Shown one piece after another: positions 1-11,960 of a stretch of DNA of 64,000 nucleotides. Origin of the DNA: Gavia stellata. Taxonomy: Eukaryota. The stretch lies in contig NC_082594.1 of assembly GCF_030936135.1 (NCBI RefSeq), positions 19,458,879 to 19,522,878 of the forward strand, given 5' to 3'. How positions within the stretch are numbered: position 1 is the first letter of the stretch; each line of letters opens with the position of its first letter. A program made the translations under genes and the position numbers. The notes beneath the pieces were generated by a model, which was not told the origin of the DNA, made no database searches, and was given only the letters and a program-made list of their open reading frames with translations.

Positions 1-1228
1 CGCTTAAGTGCAAATAACATCTCCTGAAAGGCAAGAAGAAACAGGTTGGTTTGATGTGAAAAATGTTTGGAACTGAAAGTTAAACACTATGGTAGCTCAC
101 TGATAAGGGTTCAGAGGGGCAGTAGAGAACTGCTGAAATGCCATACTGTGGTGGGAAGGACTGTTATCATTGAAGCGCCTCCTTCCGCCCACCCCTCTGT
201 TGCTCCCATTGCACCTTCTGCTTAGATGACCAGTCACAGCTATAAAGATTAGATGCCAGCAATGTTCTGTGGTATTGTTGTATGTAAATTACATTAACTT
301 GCTTCTTTGTTTAGCCTATGTGAACCTGAAGGAAGTCTTAAAGTGGGTGTCTTTTTCCCCTGCTGCCATTGCTGTGGAGATTCACGTTGCGACAAATGAG
401 AATAGTCCCAGATAATTCTTAACAGACGTGTTACATAAGGAATCTGTTCTAAACGGATCTGTTCTTAAGGGAGGTATAGGAAGTCTGTCTTCTGAGATTG
501 GTGTGTGTAACACGCATCGCTAACCTTACCCAAAGTAAAATAGAAACTCTATTTCATGTATGGCTGTCAGTCTTTGCAGCAGTGTTCTCCAAGTCCTCTC
601 TGTCCATCAGAAACAACAAACTGAGCACAGGAAGAGCAACACAGCACTTCCTTATTGTAATTAGGCTGGTTTATGCAGACTGTTTTTGTGAGTGTCTTGA
701 CAGCTGTTTAGATCCATGTGTACTTGGCAGAAGAGCAGGGATGTGTGATCACGCAACAGAATTTAAGAGCCTTCCTAACAGGGTGTCAGTAGATGGTTTT
801 AGTGTAATCTGTCATGTATTCTAAAGATTTTAACAGCCTAATCAGTATCTGATGGGATATCTAAAGGAAAATACTTGGGCAACAAATAAAAAATTAATCC
901 TGGAATGTTAATAGTCATGCACTTTATTCTCATTGACGATAAAAATCGCTACCACCTACTAAGGTTTTGTTCAGCCTTGCCAAAATTGTCGGGTGAAAAA
1001 TAGTTACTAAAGATGAATTTTAAGATGATGCTAGTAGAAAGGAAGCTTTTTGAAGAATGAGGTAGCTGTAGAATATCACAGTGTGAATTCTGCTGTTTTT
1101 AAACGTAGGTGTGTATATGTATTTAACGACAGATTCTGAAATACTCAAATTGTGTCCAAAGTATTTGTGGGAAGTTTGATATTTTATTTAAAATGTGTAG
1201 GTTTTTTCCTTAAAGTTTTGTTTTGCAG

Positions 1229-1328
1229 GCCCTTCAGTCACAATACTGGAGAGAAGAATGTTCAGCACACAGTTTCTTCAAGTGGTGGGCTGAGGGGTAG
1301 ACCAGCTCTAGCTCCATCAGCAGACATG
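1229..1328 (+). CDS. RNF17: RNF17 internal coding exon (...EKNVQHTVSSSGGLRGRPALAPSADM)
   Basis: Acceptor ttttgcag|g and donor atg|gtgtgt. Joins in frame to the next exon, giving SADM-DSKTMEDIDEAL, which parallels human RNF17 SAVMLDTNTAEEIDEAL. Part of ORF 1152..1337. Confidence 0.6.
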
Positions 1329-1593
1329 GTGTGTTAATATGGAATTTCATTATATTCTGGCTTGTTGTTTTTGTATATGCATAATTAATGCAGCACTTCT
1401 ATGAAGGCTGCAAGTTTTTGTGTTTTAAGTTATGTGCTATTATTCCATCTTACCATAGAATTGATGTACAGCTAAAGTCTTAATAAAACAACTTGACAAA
1501 ATGAATGCAGCTCAAACTCAACCAGATCATAGCTGAAGAGGGCTAGTGTATTCAGCTGGCTTTGAAATACGTGTTTTGAATTCAGCTTTTGTT

Positions 1594-1610
1594 AAAAAAA
1601 AAAAAAAAAA
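1594..1610. repeat. (A)17 homopolymer
   Basis: gttaaaaaaaaaaaaaaaaaccac. Confidence 0.9.
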
Positions 1611-3537
1611 CCACTTGAGGCTTCACAATATTTGGGTTTGGGGCTTTTTTATTTCTTTTTAAATTTGAGGCAGCTGCAAGACTCGTACAACACATCCTTA
1701 AAGTGGTCATTCAGGGCAACAAGGTTGTTGGGCAAATGGATCTCTCCTGAAACATTGTATTAAGTTTTCTAACCTGATCTTTCTGAATGAGGTTTGTGAA
1801 CTTTTAGGCCAAATGGACTAATGTTGTGGTTATTTTAAAACGACAGAATAAAATGGGAATGAATGATACATCCTATGAAAGTCCTCTTTTCTTCTATAGA
1901 GATGGTCCTGTACAGTTACCTTGAAAGAACTGTAACTTGCAAATGTCTGTCTTGGCTAGGTAGTTTTGTTGTAGTGCCCATTAAAGTTTGAAAATGGTGT
2001 TCTTTTCTGAACATTTTTTTGAAAAGTCTATTTGAAATAAAGCCATATCATGTTATCTTAAACTTCAATATATTACTGTTGACAAAATATTAAAGGAAAT
2101 AGCCTGAGGTTATCTGTGAAGTATCTTGAGTTTGAGGTCATATTTTGATGTATTTTTTGGAGAAAGTTGTTGAGAATGAGCTCATGTGAAAGTCCACATT
2201 TCAATATTGAGATCCTAGTCTAACTGCTACTTTTGTTTCTGAAGTTTTTTTTCAGGCTCCTTTATTTTGTGGTTGTTAATTACTAGATCTTTGGCAGTAT
2301 CATTTCTTACATCACTGAATGAGTATATCCATGTCTTTTGAGTTTTGGAAGGATTTTTATTACTACATCATTGATCATAATGAGAACCATGAAGCAGAGA
2401 GGGAGCAGTGTAATTCCATGACATTTTTACTTACTATGTCTCCTTGCATCCGCTCAAAATATAGCGGGAATAGTTGTCATAGGGAAGTATTCCTAACACA
2501 GTTAACATCCAGGTCATAATAGGAGGAGAGTTTTCTTCCCTTTTTCTGCTCCTAAGAAGGAGACCTAATTGGTCTGAGATGTTCAGATACATTAATTGGG
2601 AAGTTCTTCTAGAGATAAAGGTGGCAACAAACATCTTTAATAAAATCCATAATGATGTGTGTGACTAACAGGTCTCTCGCAGACTGTGGGCAGCACGTCC
2701 TTTCACTTAAACCAGTGTCTGGTCAGAGGCAGAACTATTTCAGGTTTTGGAACTTGAAGCTTTAATTTCTCTCTAGTTTGTGTTTGTTCTCCCTAACACT
2801 AGTGAGGAAAACCCTTTAGAAATTGGAGATGTTTGCATGTTAATTAAGTTGCCTTTTGACAAGGTGAATTGGTTGCCTAATACTGACAGACTTACACAGT
2901 ACCATCCCTGACTTTTTGGGGCATCCCCAGCTGATGATGATCTCATTTTGCTTTTAGCAAAATAACAGTACTCTTAACACTAGCTTTAGTAATGCCAGTG
3001 ACAAAATAAGACATTTCTGTATGTACATTTGCTTCTGTGCCAATTCATATGCATGTATTTTATTATCTTTTCTTGCATCAGCATAACACTGGGAGCTTGT
3101 GACTCTTTTAATTTTTGTTGGCTTTCCACAAATTATATTCCTAAATATTTTACTTTTTTCTAGGCTGCAGTATTCCCGTTCTTCAATCTTTCATGTTTTC
3201 TTTCCTCTGTTCTAGTAACTTTATTTTGTTTTTCCTTCATATGCTATCTTTTCATTCGGGTTTTTCTGTGTGTGTGCAAATAAATTGCATGTGTTTAATA
3301 AACAAAAAAGTTTAGAATCCATGTTTCAGAAATAGGACAATGTAAATGTTCTCAGTGCCCTTCAGATGAGCTAAGTATTTTGGGCCTATAGTTTGCAGCT
3401 ATAGAGCTGCTCAGAGCCTTGCACAGATCATCAGTCACCCACGTCAAGTGCCTCTTTGTCAAAATGGGAAATGAGTATAGTCCATCTTGTCTTCAAGTCA
3501 TACAAGTAACTTTATTCATCGGCAAATCTTTCCCCAG

Positions 3538-3618
3538 GACAGCAAAACTATGGAAGATATTGATGAAGCTTTGTGCATAGCTATTTGTAATCTCAGCCAC
3601 TTACATGATGCAGACCAG
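3538..3618 (+). CDS. RNF17: RNF17 coding exon (DSKTMEDIDEALCIAICNLSHLHDADQ)
   Basis: Acceptor tccccag|gac and donor cag|gtgggt; phase 0 to 0; EEIDEAL-like motif. Confidence 0.65.
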
Positions 3619-5092
3619 GTGGGTGGAAAATAAGTTAAATAAACCATAAAATATTAAATCCTGTCCTTGATTGAAGCTTTTTGTTACGAGTAGTCACACA
3701 TTGATGCGCTATTTAAACATGCTTTTACTGCCTTCATTTTGACATCTCTCTTGTCCTTCAACTATTTGTGCTGTTTCTGTGAATATACAGTTTTAAACTC
3801 CAGGCTGTAGTCTGTAAAGGAGTACCTGAGCCTATGCATAATTTAAAGTTACTATGTCAATCCATATATTTAGCAGAACCATATACAAGCCAGTCTTTAA
3901 GTACTAAGCTTGTGTTTCCTTGAATCAGGGTAAAATTCAGCATTTGTTTTTGCTCTAGCAACTATGCTAACTTTCCAGTTTTCATATGCCTCTATATGGG
4001 CAACAGAAGTAATAATTTTAACAGACATGATATGCAAAACATGTAAATCAAATAATGCAGTTTTATGCACAGTATAAAATATAGGAAAAATCCTAAAATA
4101 CTGGATAATGTTGTTAATAGGTTTCACTGAGTAACCTATGAACTTCATCAATGATAATTATTTTAATTAAACTTTAACTCTTAAATGTGCTGTGGAAAAG
4201 CTTGCAGATCTGTCTTTCCCATTTATTTACATTTCACATGTAAAATTTTACATGTACATTTAAGATACCCAAGGATGGAAGTGTTCGATGATCCAAAAGC
4301 TTAAAGCAAATTCATTTTAGTGTGTCCTGAAGTGTCCTTAAAACCTATTTTCCATTCCCTTTCTAACTTGTTTTGTTGCAGTGGCTGATCTGTCAGTTAA
4401 GCAAAGTTATGTTAAATACCTAATTCATATACTAATAGCATCTTGTAAAAACCTAGCATTTCAACAGCTCTAATATAATAAGTCATGCTAACAACTGTGG
4501 TCTTCCAACAGCTTTTCAACAAAGTCTGATAACTGCCAAAGCAGTGTTGCATTACTGAGATTTTTTTCCATAGTCTCTTCATTAAATGTAACTATAGCAA
4601 CAAAACTGATGCTTAGCCAGAAGAAGAATCTTTATTTTCCTTTATGCTCCCAATGAGTTTAAAGAAAATAGTAGAAATCTTAGCATGCTAGTTATCTGTG
4701 TATGGTGCTATATTAGAATGTCAAGTTAGGAAAGTGAGGCAGTGGGCCCAAGATCTATGTGTTTCTTGTCTCATAGACCTGAAGACTTCAGTTGACATGA
4801 GGATCCAGGCAGCGTGCGTGAGCTGACTAGAAGTTAAAGAAAACAAAGGCATTAATGAGCTATAATTTTTCCTCCATTATATTATGTAGTCATCCTCTGA
4901 TGTACTCTTTTTTTAATATACTAACCACAATGTAATTTAGTGTCACTCTTTCTGCTGGAGTATTGATCACTGTCTTACTGTTCATTGCTTCTGTTCTGAA
5001 TTTAGAGGGGGAAAAAAAAAGTAATGTGAGAATAATGAAATAATTAATAATGAAATAATAAATGCATGTTTGTTTAATACTGAATGAAATAG

Positions 5093-5193
5093 ATGCTGAA
5101 ATACTTGGAATTGAAAGTGAAGCAGGAAGGAGACAAAGTTGCAGAAGCTGCAGATAGAACATTTGATGAACTTATTACTTCTCTCCTGTCAAG
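5093..5193 (+). CDS. RNF17: RNF17 coding exon (MLKYLELKVKQEGDKVAEAADRTFDELITSLLS-)
   Basis: Acceptor aaatag|atg with a weak polypyrimidine tract; donor tcaag|gtagta. Phase joins to the next exon to give SR-KRKLCAEL, compare human SRKKNLCEEF. Confidence 0.55.
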
Positions 5194-6016
5194 GTAGTAA
5201 TCCGGTTTGTAGGATGGTGGGGTGGTTTTGTTTTTATCAGGAAATTGTTTCTGATTCAGATAAAAGAATTCTAAATAAAACTTCAGTCTTCCTCGTAACT
5301 GTATTTCACAATACCTGTCTTTAATTCTTGTGCAATATTTTTGCCCTTTCATAGTGGCATCTTGGAGCTGATTTGCATGGTTGGAAAACATTAGCTTGTG
5401 CAGCCTCTGCTCTTTAAAAAAAGAAAAAACTTAGAATAGTATTAATGATATTAATTTTCTGAAATAACTCAATTATGAGGGTTTTCTGATACTGCTGTTA
5501 CTGGATGATCAGTTTAACAGCAAGAATAACTTTTTAAAAAGTTGACTTTCTGCAAATTTTCAAGCTGACAGAAGCACAAGGACACTTTATTTCTTATTCT
5601 CAAAAATATTTGTATCTTTAGATGTAAGGGAGGGAGGGGTGTCAAAGCTTAGGATTCCAGAAGAGCCTCTGAGAGGGGAATCTTATATCTTAGTAGACTG
5701 AATTGTAAAATCCAACTGTTAGTTTTCAGTTGGATGTGTATGGAAATATCAGGAGGCTTGAAGGGAAGAGTGCTTTAAACATTGAGTAAGAAAATTTTCT
5801 CCAAAGTGGTTTTTCAGTGTGAACTCTTAACTTTTGTGGTTCCTTCAATTAAGTGGGTTTTCCATGCTTTCCGCTTTTCACTGTTTGAGGAAAATAATAT
5901 TTCTGTGTGAGATATATCCACTTTGTATTGTGGTATAACTGGTAATTGTGTGTTAAAGTTTGAATCTGTACGGCTGAGTGCTTATTAAATTCTGAAAAGT
6001 AATCTTTTTAATACAG

Positions 6017-6188
6017 AAAGAGGAAATTGTGTGCGGAATTGGTGAAGAGCATCAACAACTACAGTGCTGGTATTGCAAAAGCTAAGGAAGTCATTGAGGA
6101 GAAGAAAAAGTGCTTGATTGGTGCCATTAGGATTGCAAAGGAATTAAAAATTACACCTTCTGTAAGAACCTATTGTGATCTCGCTCAG
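6017..6188 (+). CDS. RNF17: RNF17 coding exon (KRKLCAELVKSINNYSAGIAKAKEVIEEKKKCLIGAIRIAKELKITPSVRTYCDLAQ)
   Basis: ORF 6027..6221; acceptor atacag|aaag and donor cag|gtattt; matches human ...IKAKSYIEEKKNNL...SPSLRTYCDLNQ. Confidence 0.85.
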
Positions 6189-7578
6189 GTATTTACATTC
6201 TTGCACTATGAATTTTTTTAATGAATACATTCAAATTTGGATTCAAAGTTTCTGTGATCCGTTTTTCAGTTTGCTGACTTCAGTATTGAGATTTTTGCAG
6301 TAATATATTCTTACCTCACCTCCCCCACACCCCCAAGTTTATATTTCATCTTGGTCACCAATTAGGGTCTGGTGACTGATGTGAAACAAAAAAGATGGTC
6401 TTTGCCTTGAAGAGCTTGCTATCTGAAACAGCAAATGGAGGGGGAGGACAGGAAAACTGTGACACAGTACTGATCAGTGAAAGGGCAGTGTTTTCAGCAC
6501 TTTAGATGTCTCTCAAGCCTTTCCCATTCCAGAGCTCTTGAACGTTCTCAGTGAACTATTCCAGAATTAATAGCGACACTCTTCTGATCCTCTTGATCCC
6601 AGGCCTTTACTTCCATTCTTCCTCCCCATCGTATCTGCTGTTCATAGAAAGCCACGCTACCTGCCATGCTGTATCAGACCAAAGGTCCACTGTGAAGTCT
6701 CCTGTCTGTGACGACAGAGAAGAAAAGATGCTTGGAGGAAGAATCTTAAGAGCTTGGGCATTTAGTGCATATAGGAAGTTGAAGGTTAAGGATTTTATAA
6801 TTGGTAGGCTACATCAGGGTTATTACACTGACTAAATATTACCTCTTTGTGTCATAAACTTGTGTAACACTTCCTTCAGTGTCTTCATAATGCTTGTGGC
6901 AGTGCATGTGTGTGTACATATGTACATTATATTTATGTATTCATATGCAGTGGCAGCAAGTTCCATATTTTGATATTTAAAATGAGGTGTATATAAAATA
7001 GCTCCTTCTGTTCTTTCTAAATGTGCTACCCAGTTATTTCATTTGGAGCCTTTGTAGTCCTTGTGTTGAGAAAAATAATGAATAACTTGTCTGATCATTC
7101 TTTCAAGTAGTGTGATTTTTATTTTTTTTTTTCAGACTGTCATGTTCCCTGCATCCAGTTGTCATTTTCCCTGTGAAGAAACTTAGTCTTTCTTGTCTGA
7201 CCCAGAAAAAAAGTCTGATTCTTCCTTTTTTTTCTGTCATTTGCCTTCTTCTTGCCCAGTGTGACTTTTGGGAGCTGGCATCCACCACTGTCCTCCTATA
7301 AGCCTACCATCTTATTTAAAAGTCACATTGTCAATAGCTGTTCATACAAAAGGAAAATCTGACTCCTGCTTCTGTTTACATGCTAACATTATAAAATCCC
7401 CAACCATTAGGTTTTAGCAGTGGAAGAAGATGTAATTGGGATTTGGCTGTTAATGAGTAAACTCTTGGATTTTTTTCTGTAAAATGAAAGATGTCATACT
7501 CTGGCTTTGTCAATGTGTCATGCCTGTGTAATCTCTGTTTTGTGTAATAGAAGCTAAGACTGTACTTCTTAATTTCAG

Positions 7579-7655
7579 GTTATTTATAATTTAAAGTTGC
7601 CAGTTGAGGCTGAGCTCTCAAGAGTGAATAGTTTGAAGGAAAAAATATCTCCAAG
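7579..7655 (+). CDS. RNF17: RNF17 coding exon (VIYNLKLPVEAELSRVNSLKEKISP-)
   Basis: Acceptor aatttcag|gtt and donor ccaag|gtaaat; phase consistent; parallels human IIRTLQLTSDSELAQVSSPQLRNPP. Confidence 0.75.
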
Positions 7656-8353
7656 GTAAATGACTAGAGTGGGAGGTATATTGGGAGGTAAATGGATGCT
7701 CTGGTTGTCTTAATTACAAAAACTGTTCATATAACAGTTAAACAGCAGAAATCGAGCTGCTTCACTTGCATTTTACTGAAAAACTACTAGTTCGGATATG
7801 TATAAACTCATCACTAACAATGCGCAGTAGCCTTCATGTGAGGCATCGGGGAGAAAGCACGTATGATTTGCTGCTATGTAATTAAAAAAAAAAAACGTGT
7901 GCACTTAAAAAAATTCTTGACAGACTTCTGCCACTTCCTCTCCTTCTCTTACAGGTAGAAATAAATTGGGGAAATACTGGCTTAATTATTTTTTAAAAAA
8001 TGAGTCCATTTCTCACCATCAGGAAGGACTTAAATGGTTTTTGGGGCACTGATGTCTAAGGAGAAATTTGTAGAAAATCCCAGTTAACATGTTGCCCTCA
8101 TTGGAAGGGACAATATAGCAGAAATGAGCAAGAAAACATGTCATGGCTGTGGTACAGCTGACCCTATGCAGCTTCGTCATAAAGCTGGTCAGAATACTGT
8201 ACTCCTGGCGTATAAAGGCCACATTCAGGAATTACAAATGAGGGACAGAACAAAGATGAAAAACTTGCATCTTGCGATAGAGTGGTTGTGTGCCATCAGA
8301 TGCTGAGTGGTACAGAGGACTGAGTCTTGAAGTTGACTACTTGCATGTAAGGT

Positions 8354-8457
8354 GTGAAAAATTATCATAGAATCATTTAGGTTGAAAAAGACCCTTAAGA
8401 TCATTGAGTCCAACTGTTAACATAACACTACCCAGTCCACCACTAAACCATGTCCCT
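8354..8457 (-). mobile_element. CR1 3'-terminal fragment (minus orientation)
   Basis: Plus strand reads atcatagaatcatttaggttgaaaaagacccttaagatcattgagtccaac...accatgtccctaagcacc, the reverse complement of the CR1 tail ...gacatggtttag...ttggactcaatgatcttaagggtc...attctatgat. Confidence 0.8.
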
Positions 8458-8472
8458 AAGCACCATGTTTAC

Positions 8473-8845
8473 GCATCTTTTAAATCATAGAATTGTTCAT
8501 GCTGAAAGGGACCTTTAAAGGTCATTTAGTCCAACCTTCCCTGCAATGAACAGGGACATATTCAACTAGATCAGGTTGCTCAGAGCCCTGTCCAAAAAAT
8601 CTTCTTTATATCTCGTCTGAATCTACCTTCTTTGTTTAAAACCATTACCCCTTGTCCTGTCACTACAGGCCCTATTAAAAAGTCTGTCTCCGTCTTTCTT
8701 GTAAGTCCCCCTTAAGCATTGAAAGGCTGCAGTAAGGTCTGCCCAGAGCCTTCTCTTCTTCAGGCTGAACAACCCCAACTCTCTCAGCCATCTGCCTCCA
8801 GGGATGGTGACTCAAACAGTTCCCTGGGCAGCCTGTTCCAGTAGT
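8473..8845 (-). mobile_element. CR1 3' fragment (minus), extends into the ORF2 C-terminus
   Basis: Plus strand atcatagaattgttcatgctgaaagggacctttaaaggtcatttagtccaacc ... cctgggcagcctgttccagtagttgac. The reverse complement encodes ...NYWNRLPRE..., matching the CR1 [11 protein letters not shown] motif. Confidence 0.8.
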
Positions 8846-9860
8846 TGACAAAAATTATTACTTTTCCTGTCGTATGTTAGTGGAGTCATTAGAATATGGA
8901 TAAAGGAATCTTTAAAAACATCTTTTAGTAAACTTAGTGACTTGGTAGGTAGGGCCTATTTTGAAGATAATGTCAGTGGTGAATGAGAATTTCAGAGAAG
9001 CCTATTTAAATGCACAATGGCAAACTCGCCTAACCTAGAAGAAAGCTAAAAGATGACAAAACAAGATTTGTTTGCATTGGAAGGTGTTTTAAGAACTTGA
9101 ACAAAACAAGGGAAAAAGGAGATCGGATAAAGGATGCGTGTAAAGGCCTCGTGTGCTGGTGCAACTCCAAAATAACACCAAAAATGAAGAAATCACAGCT
9201 AGGTGGTGCATAGGAGTTGAGGCACATTCTGTAGACATAAACCACTGTAGAACGAAGGTTAGGTAAGTTCCTGAAGGGACAGCGGGGAGAAGAAGAGGTG
9301 GGCTGTTCAATACTGCTTACACTTCAGTTTTCACAAATTGTTCATTATAACTGGACAGCAAAGCTAAAGATTTGATTGAATGAAGTTATATTTACAGTTC
9401 TGTTAGGCTAACTGTAAAAGTACTTAAAAGACTTTGCTAGCTTCCATCAGTAAAGGAAATAGCTAGCTGTTAGTGTAACAATAAATAGAACAAAGAGAGC
9501 ATACATTTTGGACTTCAGTTACAGTTTTGTTCTTCAGGACTGTTGGAGCTTTTTCTCATGCAGAATAATTTATTGAACTAACTGGGTATAGGTGTGAAAA
9601 CTCATTAAGTAAATGTTGAAGTAGTCTATGCATGAGGGAGAGAGAAAGCAAAAAGCAAGAGAGTTTTTAAGTATGAATGCGAAGATAAATGAGCAACCAA
9701 CTCTGTTGTTAATACGAGTGGAAGAATGAAACTGGAGTAGGTAATTAATCTCTTACTTTGTCCCTCCATTAATATTGTGCTGAAAAACATTGTACATCTC
9801 AAACTGTCAGAGTGATTTAGGTATTCACGTCACCTGTAATGTTTCTTCTCTTCTCTCAAG

Positions 9861-9935
9861 ATTCTTCCTAAACACTGATGAGATTACATCTTTGTTAAAA
9901 AATTTGGGCAAGATTGAATGGGGAACAACAGGGCA
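9861..9935 (+). CDS. RNF17: RNF17 coding exon (-FFLNTDEITSLLKNLGKIEWGTTGQ)
   Basis: Acceptor ctctcaag|a and donor ca|gtaagt; phase-consistent with the flanking exons; parallels human ...FNNMGKIEF. Confidence 0.65.
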
Positions 9936-10253
9936 GTAAGTATTTTTTTTAAATAAAGAGGATAGGTACAGTAACTTTCCTGTTCTAATGGTTAAATATT
10001 TATTGGAGATTAAATTTTAAAATAAAAAAAAAAATCTGTATATGCTTACAGGTTTCTAAGAGTATAATGAAACAAAGCAAAACTTCAGATGCTAGTATTT
10101 CAGTCAGCATTCCAGTTATTCCTGTTAGTGTTTCAGTTCTGACATTTCAGTTTTACTTGTGTTTCACCCAAATTTATTTCACTGTATCACTTAAGTTACC
10201 AAGATCTATTTATGCTGTGTGCTTTTCAGCTTTGGCTAGCAGTTAATGATACA

Positions 10254-10353
10254 ATCATAGAATCGTTTAGCTTGGAAAAGACCCTTAAGATCATCGAGTC
10301 CAACTGTAAACCTAACACTGCTAAGTCCGCCACTAAACCATGTCCCTAAGCAC
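10254..10353 (-). mobile_element. CR1 3'-terminal fragment (minus)
   Basis: atcatagaatcgtttagcttggaaaagacccttaagatcatcgagtccaactgtaaacctaacactgctaagtccgccactaaaccatgtccctaagcac, near-identical to the copy at 8354. Confidence 0.8.
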
Positions 10354-11044
10354 TACGTCTACATGTTCATAGTACACATAATGGAGATGTTTATCATTTC
10401 AGCATATGAAAATTACATCCTACAAGTGTAACTAAATCTCTAAAATCAACAGCAAATACTGAAATTTATAGTATTTCCACTTCACAGTCTAAATACTGAT
10501 TGTGTCAAATGCCACAAAAAATTACGTAAGATGAACCAGAAAAATAATTACTTATAATTATTTTATTTTTCCCTGCTGTCTTTGACAAAAACTTGAGAAA
10601 TTGGAATGCAGTTGCTGATAGAGCCATTGTAGTTAGCACTGGTTATATTAAAAAAGTCTTACTGCATACTGTAATACTTGAAAATCCTGCAGATTACAGT
10701 GAAAAGTAACTGTTAGTACAAAAGCATCTGACATGCCTTTTGTTTTTAACATGGAACTATCTATCATGTTAACATTTTTTTCAAATAGTTTGTGTTCGTA
10801 CTTGTGGTCTCTCTTTGATCATTTAAGCAGGGGTAGTTCTTGTACTGAGCTGTGCCCAAGAATGTGTGCCATTTCTGTGCCAATCCTTTTTAGGTTTCAG
10901 AAATCATGTTACTGTTTTTCTTGTCATGGTATTCAAAAACATAACACCGTTTATTTCAAGCAGCTCTTGTAAGGTGTTTTCTTAACATAGTGATACATTC
11001 TTAATAAAATCTCTGCTTTAACTCATGTGCTTTTCCGAAAACAG

Positions 11045-11367
11045 ACTGGATTACATTAATCTGTCTCCAAATAAATGTTTTCCCAAATATAGTGAAGATA
11101 ATGGACAACACACTCTTACCGTTGATGACAAAGAAGAAATGCCAGGCTGCGATACACAGTCGTCTGTAGAGAATATGTTTCCAGCACTTAGCAGAGAAAG
11201 TAAAATAAAGGCTCTTGCAAATAAACTCTGTGTTCACAAAGAAGTGAAAAATACTAAAGTACAAGAAACACTTCCTATGATACGTCACCAGAGCATTCCT
11301 GCTCTGCCCCAGTCTCCATCCAGCCCTGATGTCATAATAGAAGAAATATTTGAAGATGACCTGGAAA
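11045..11367 (+). CDS. RNF17: RNF17 coding exon (QLDYINLSPNK...SPSSPDVIIEEIFEDDLE-)
   Basis: ORF 11025..11387; acceptor gaaaacag|actgg and donor gaaa|gtaagt; contains the conserved SSPDVIIEEI.ED..ES motif. Confidence 0.85.
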
Positions 11368-11804
11368 GTAAGTTTCTTAATACCTGATGCTTTCAATGTT
11401 CATTGTCGAGCATGTTACTGATGTGTTTTGTATTAACATTGTGTGTTAGCTCATGAATTCTTTAACGATGGCTGTATTTCACTTTATCTTCCTTTGAGCT
11501 AGCATTGGTTTTTTTTTGTCCTCCTTCAGCTTAGCTTAGTGAAAACTTTCTCACAAGTTTTCTCAAAGAGGGGTCCTAAGTTCCTATGTCAGCTTGGATA
11601 ATACTCTTTGACTCTTAGTTTACTACAGCCTCTCTCAAGAGTTTCTGACATTGGGTCCTGGAGGATGCTTTTCTGGCAGTTCCCTTGGCTTCCTGATTCT
11701 TCTCCCAGGGCATTGTCCTGCATTAACTGTCAATAACAATTAGGTTCTTCAGCTTGTCAGGTTTTCCCTGGACTGTATTAGTAAGAGTGTAGCTAACAGG
11801 TCCA

Positions 11805-11960
11805 GGAAGTGATCCTTGCCCTCTGTTAGGCTCTTGTGAGAACGAATCTGGAGTACCGTGTCCAGTTTTGGACCCTGCAGTACTGAAAGTCACCATCGTA
11901 CTGGAGCGAGTCTAGCAGAGCCTACCAAGTTGGTGTCCAGGAGGTGCTCAGGGATAGGAC
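11805..11960 (+). mobile_element. CR1 internal (ORF2) fragment, degenerate
   Basis: Translates to ...LVRTNLEYRVQFWTLQY*KSPSYWSESSRAYQVGVQ..., compare CR1 ORF2 [25 protein letters not shown]. Confidence 0.55.
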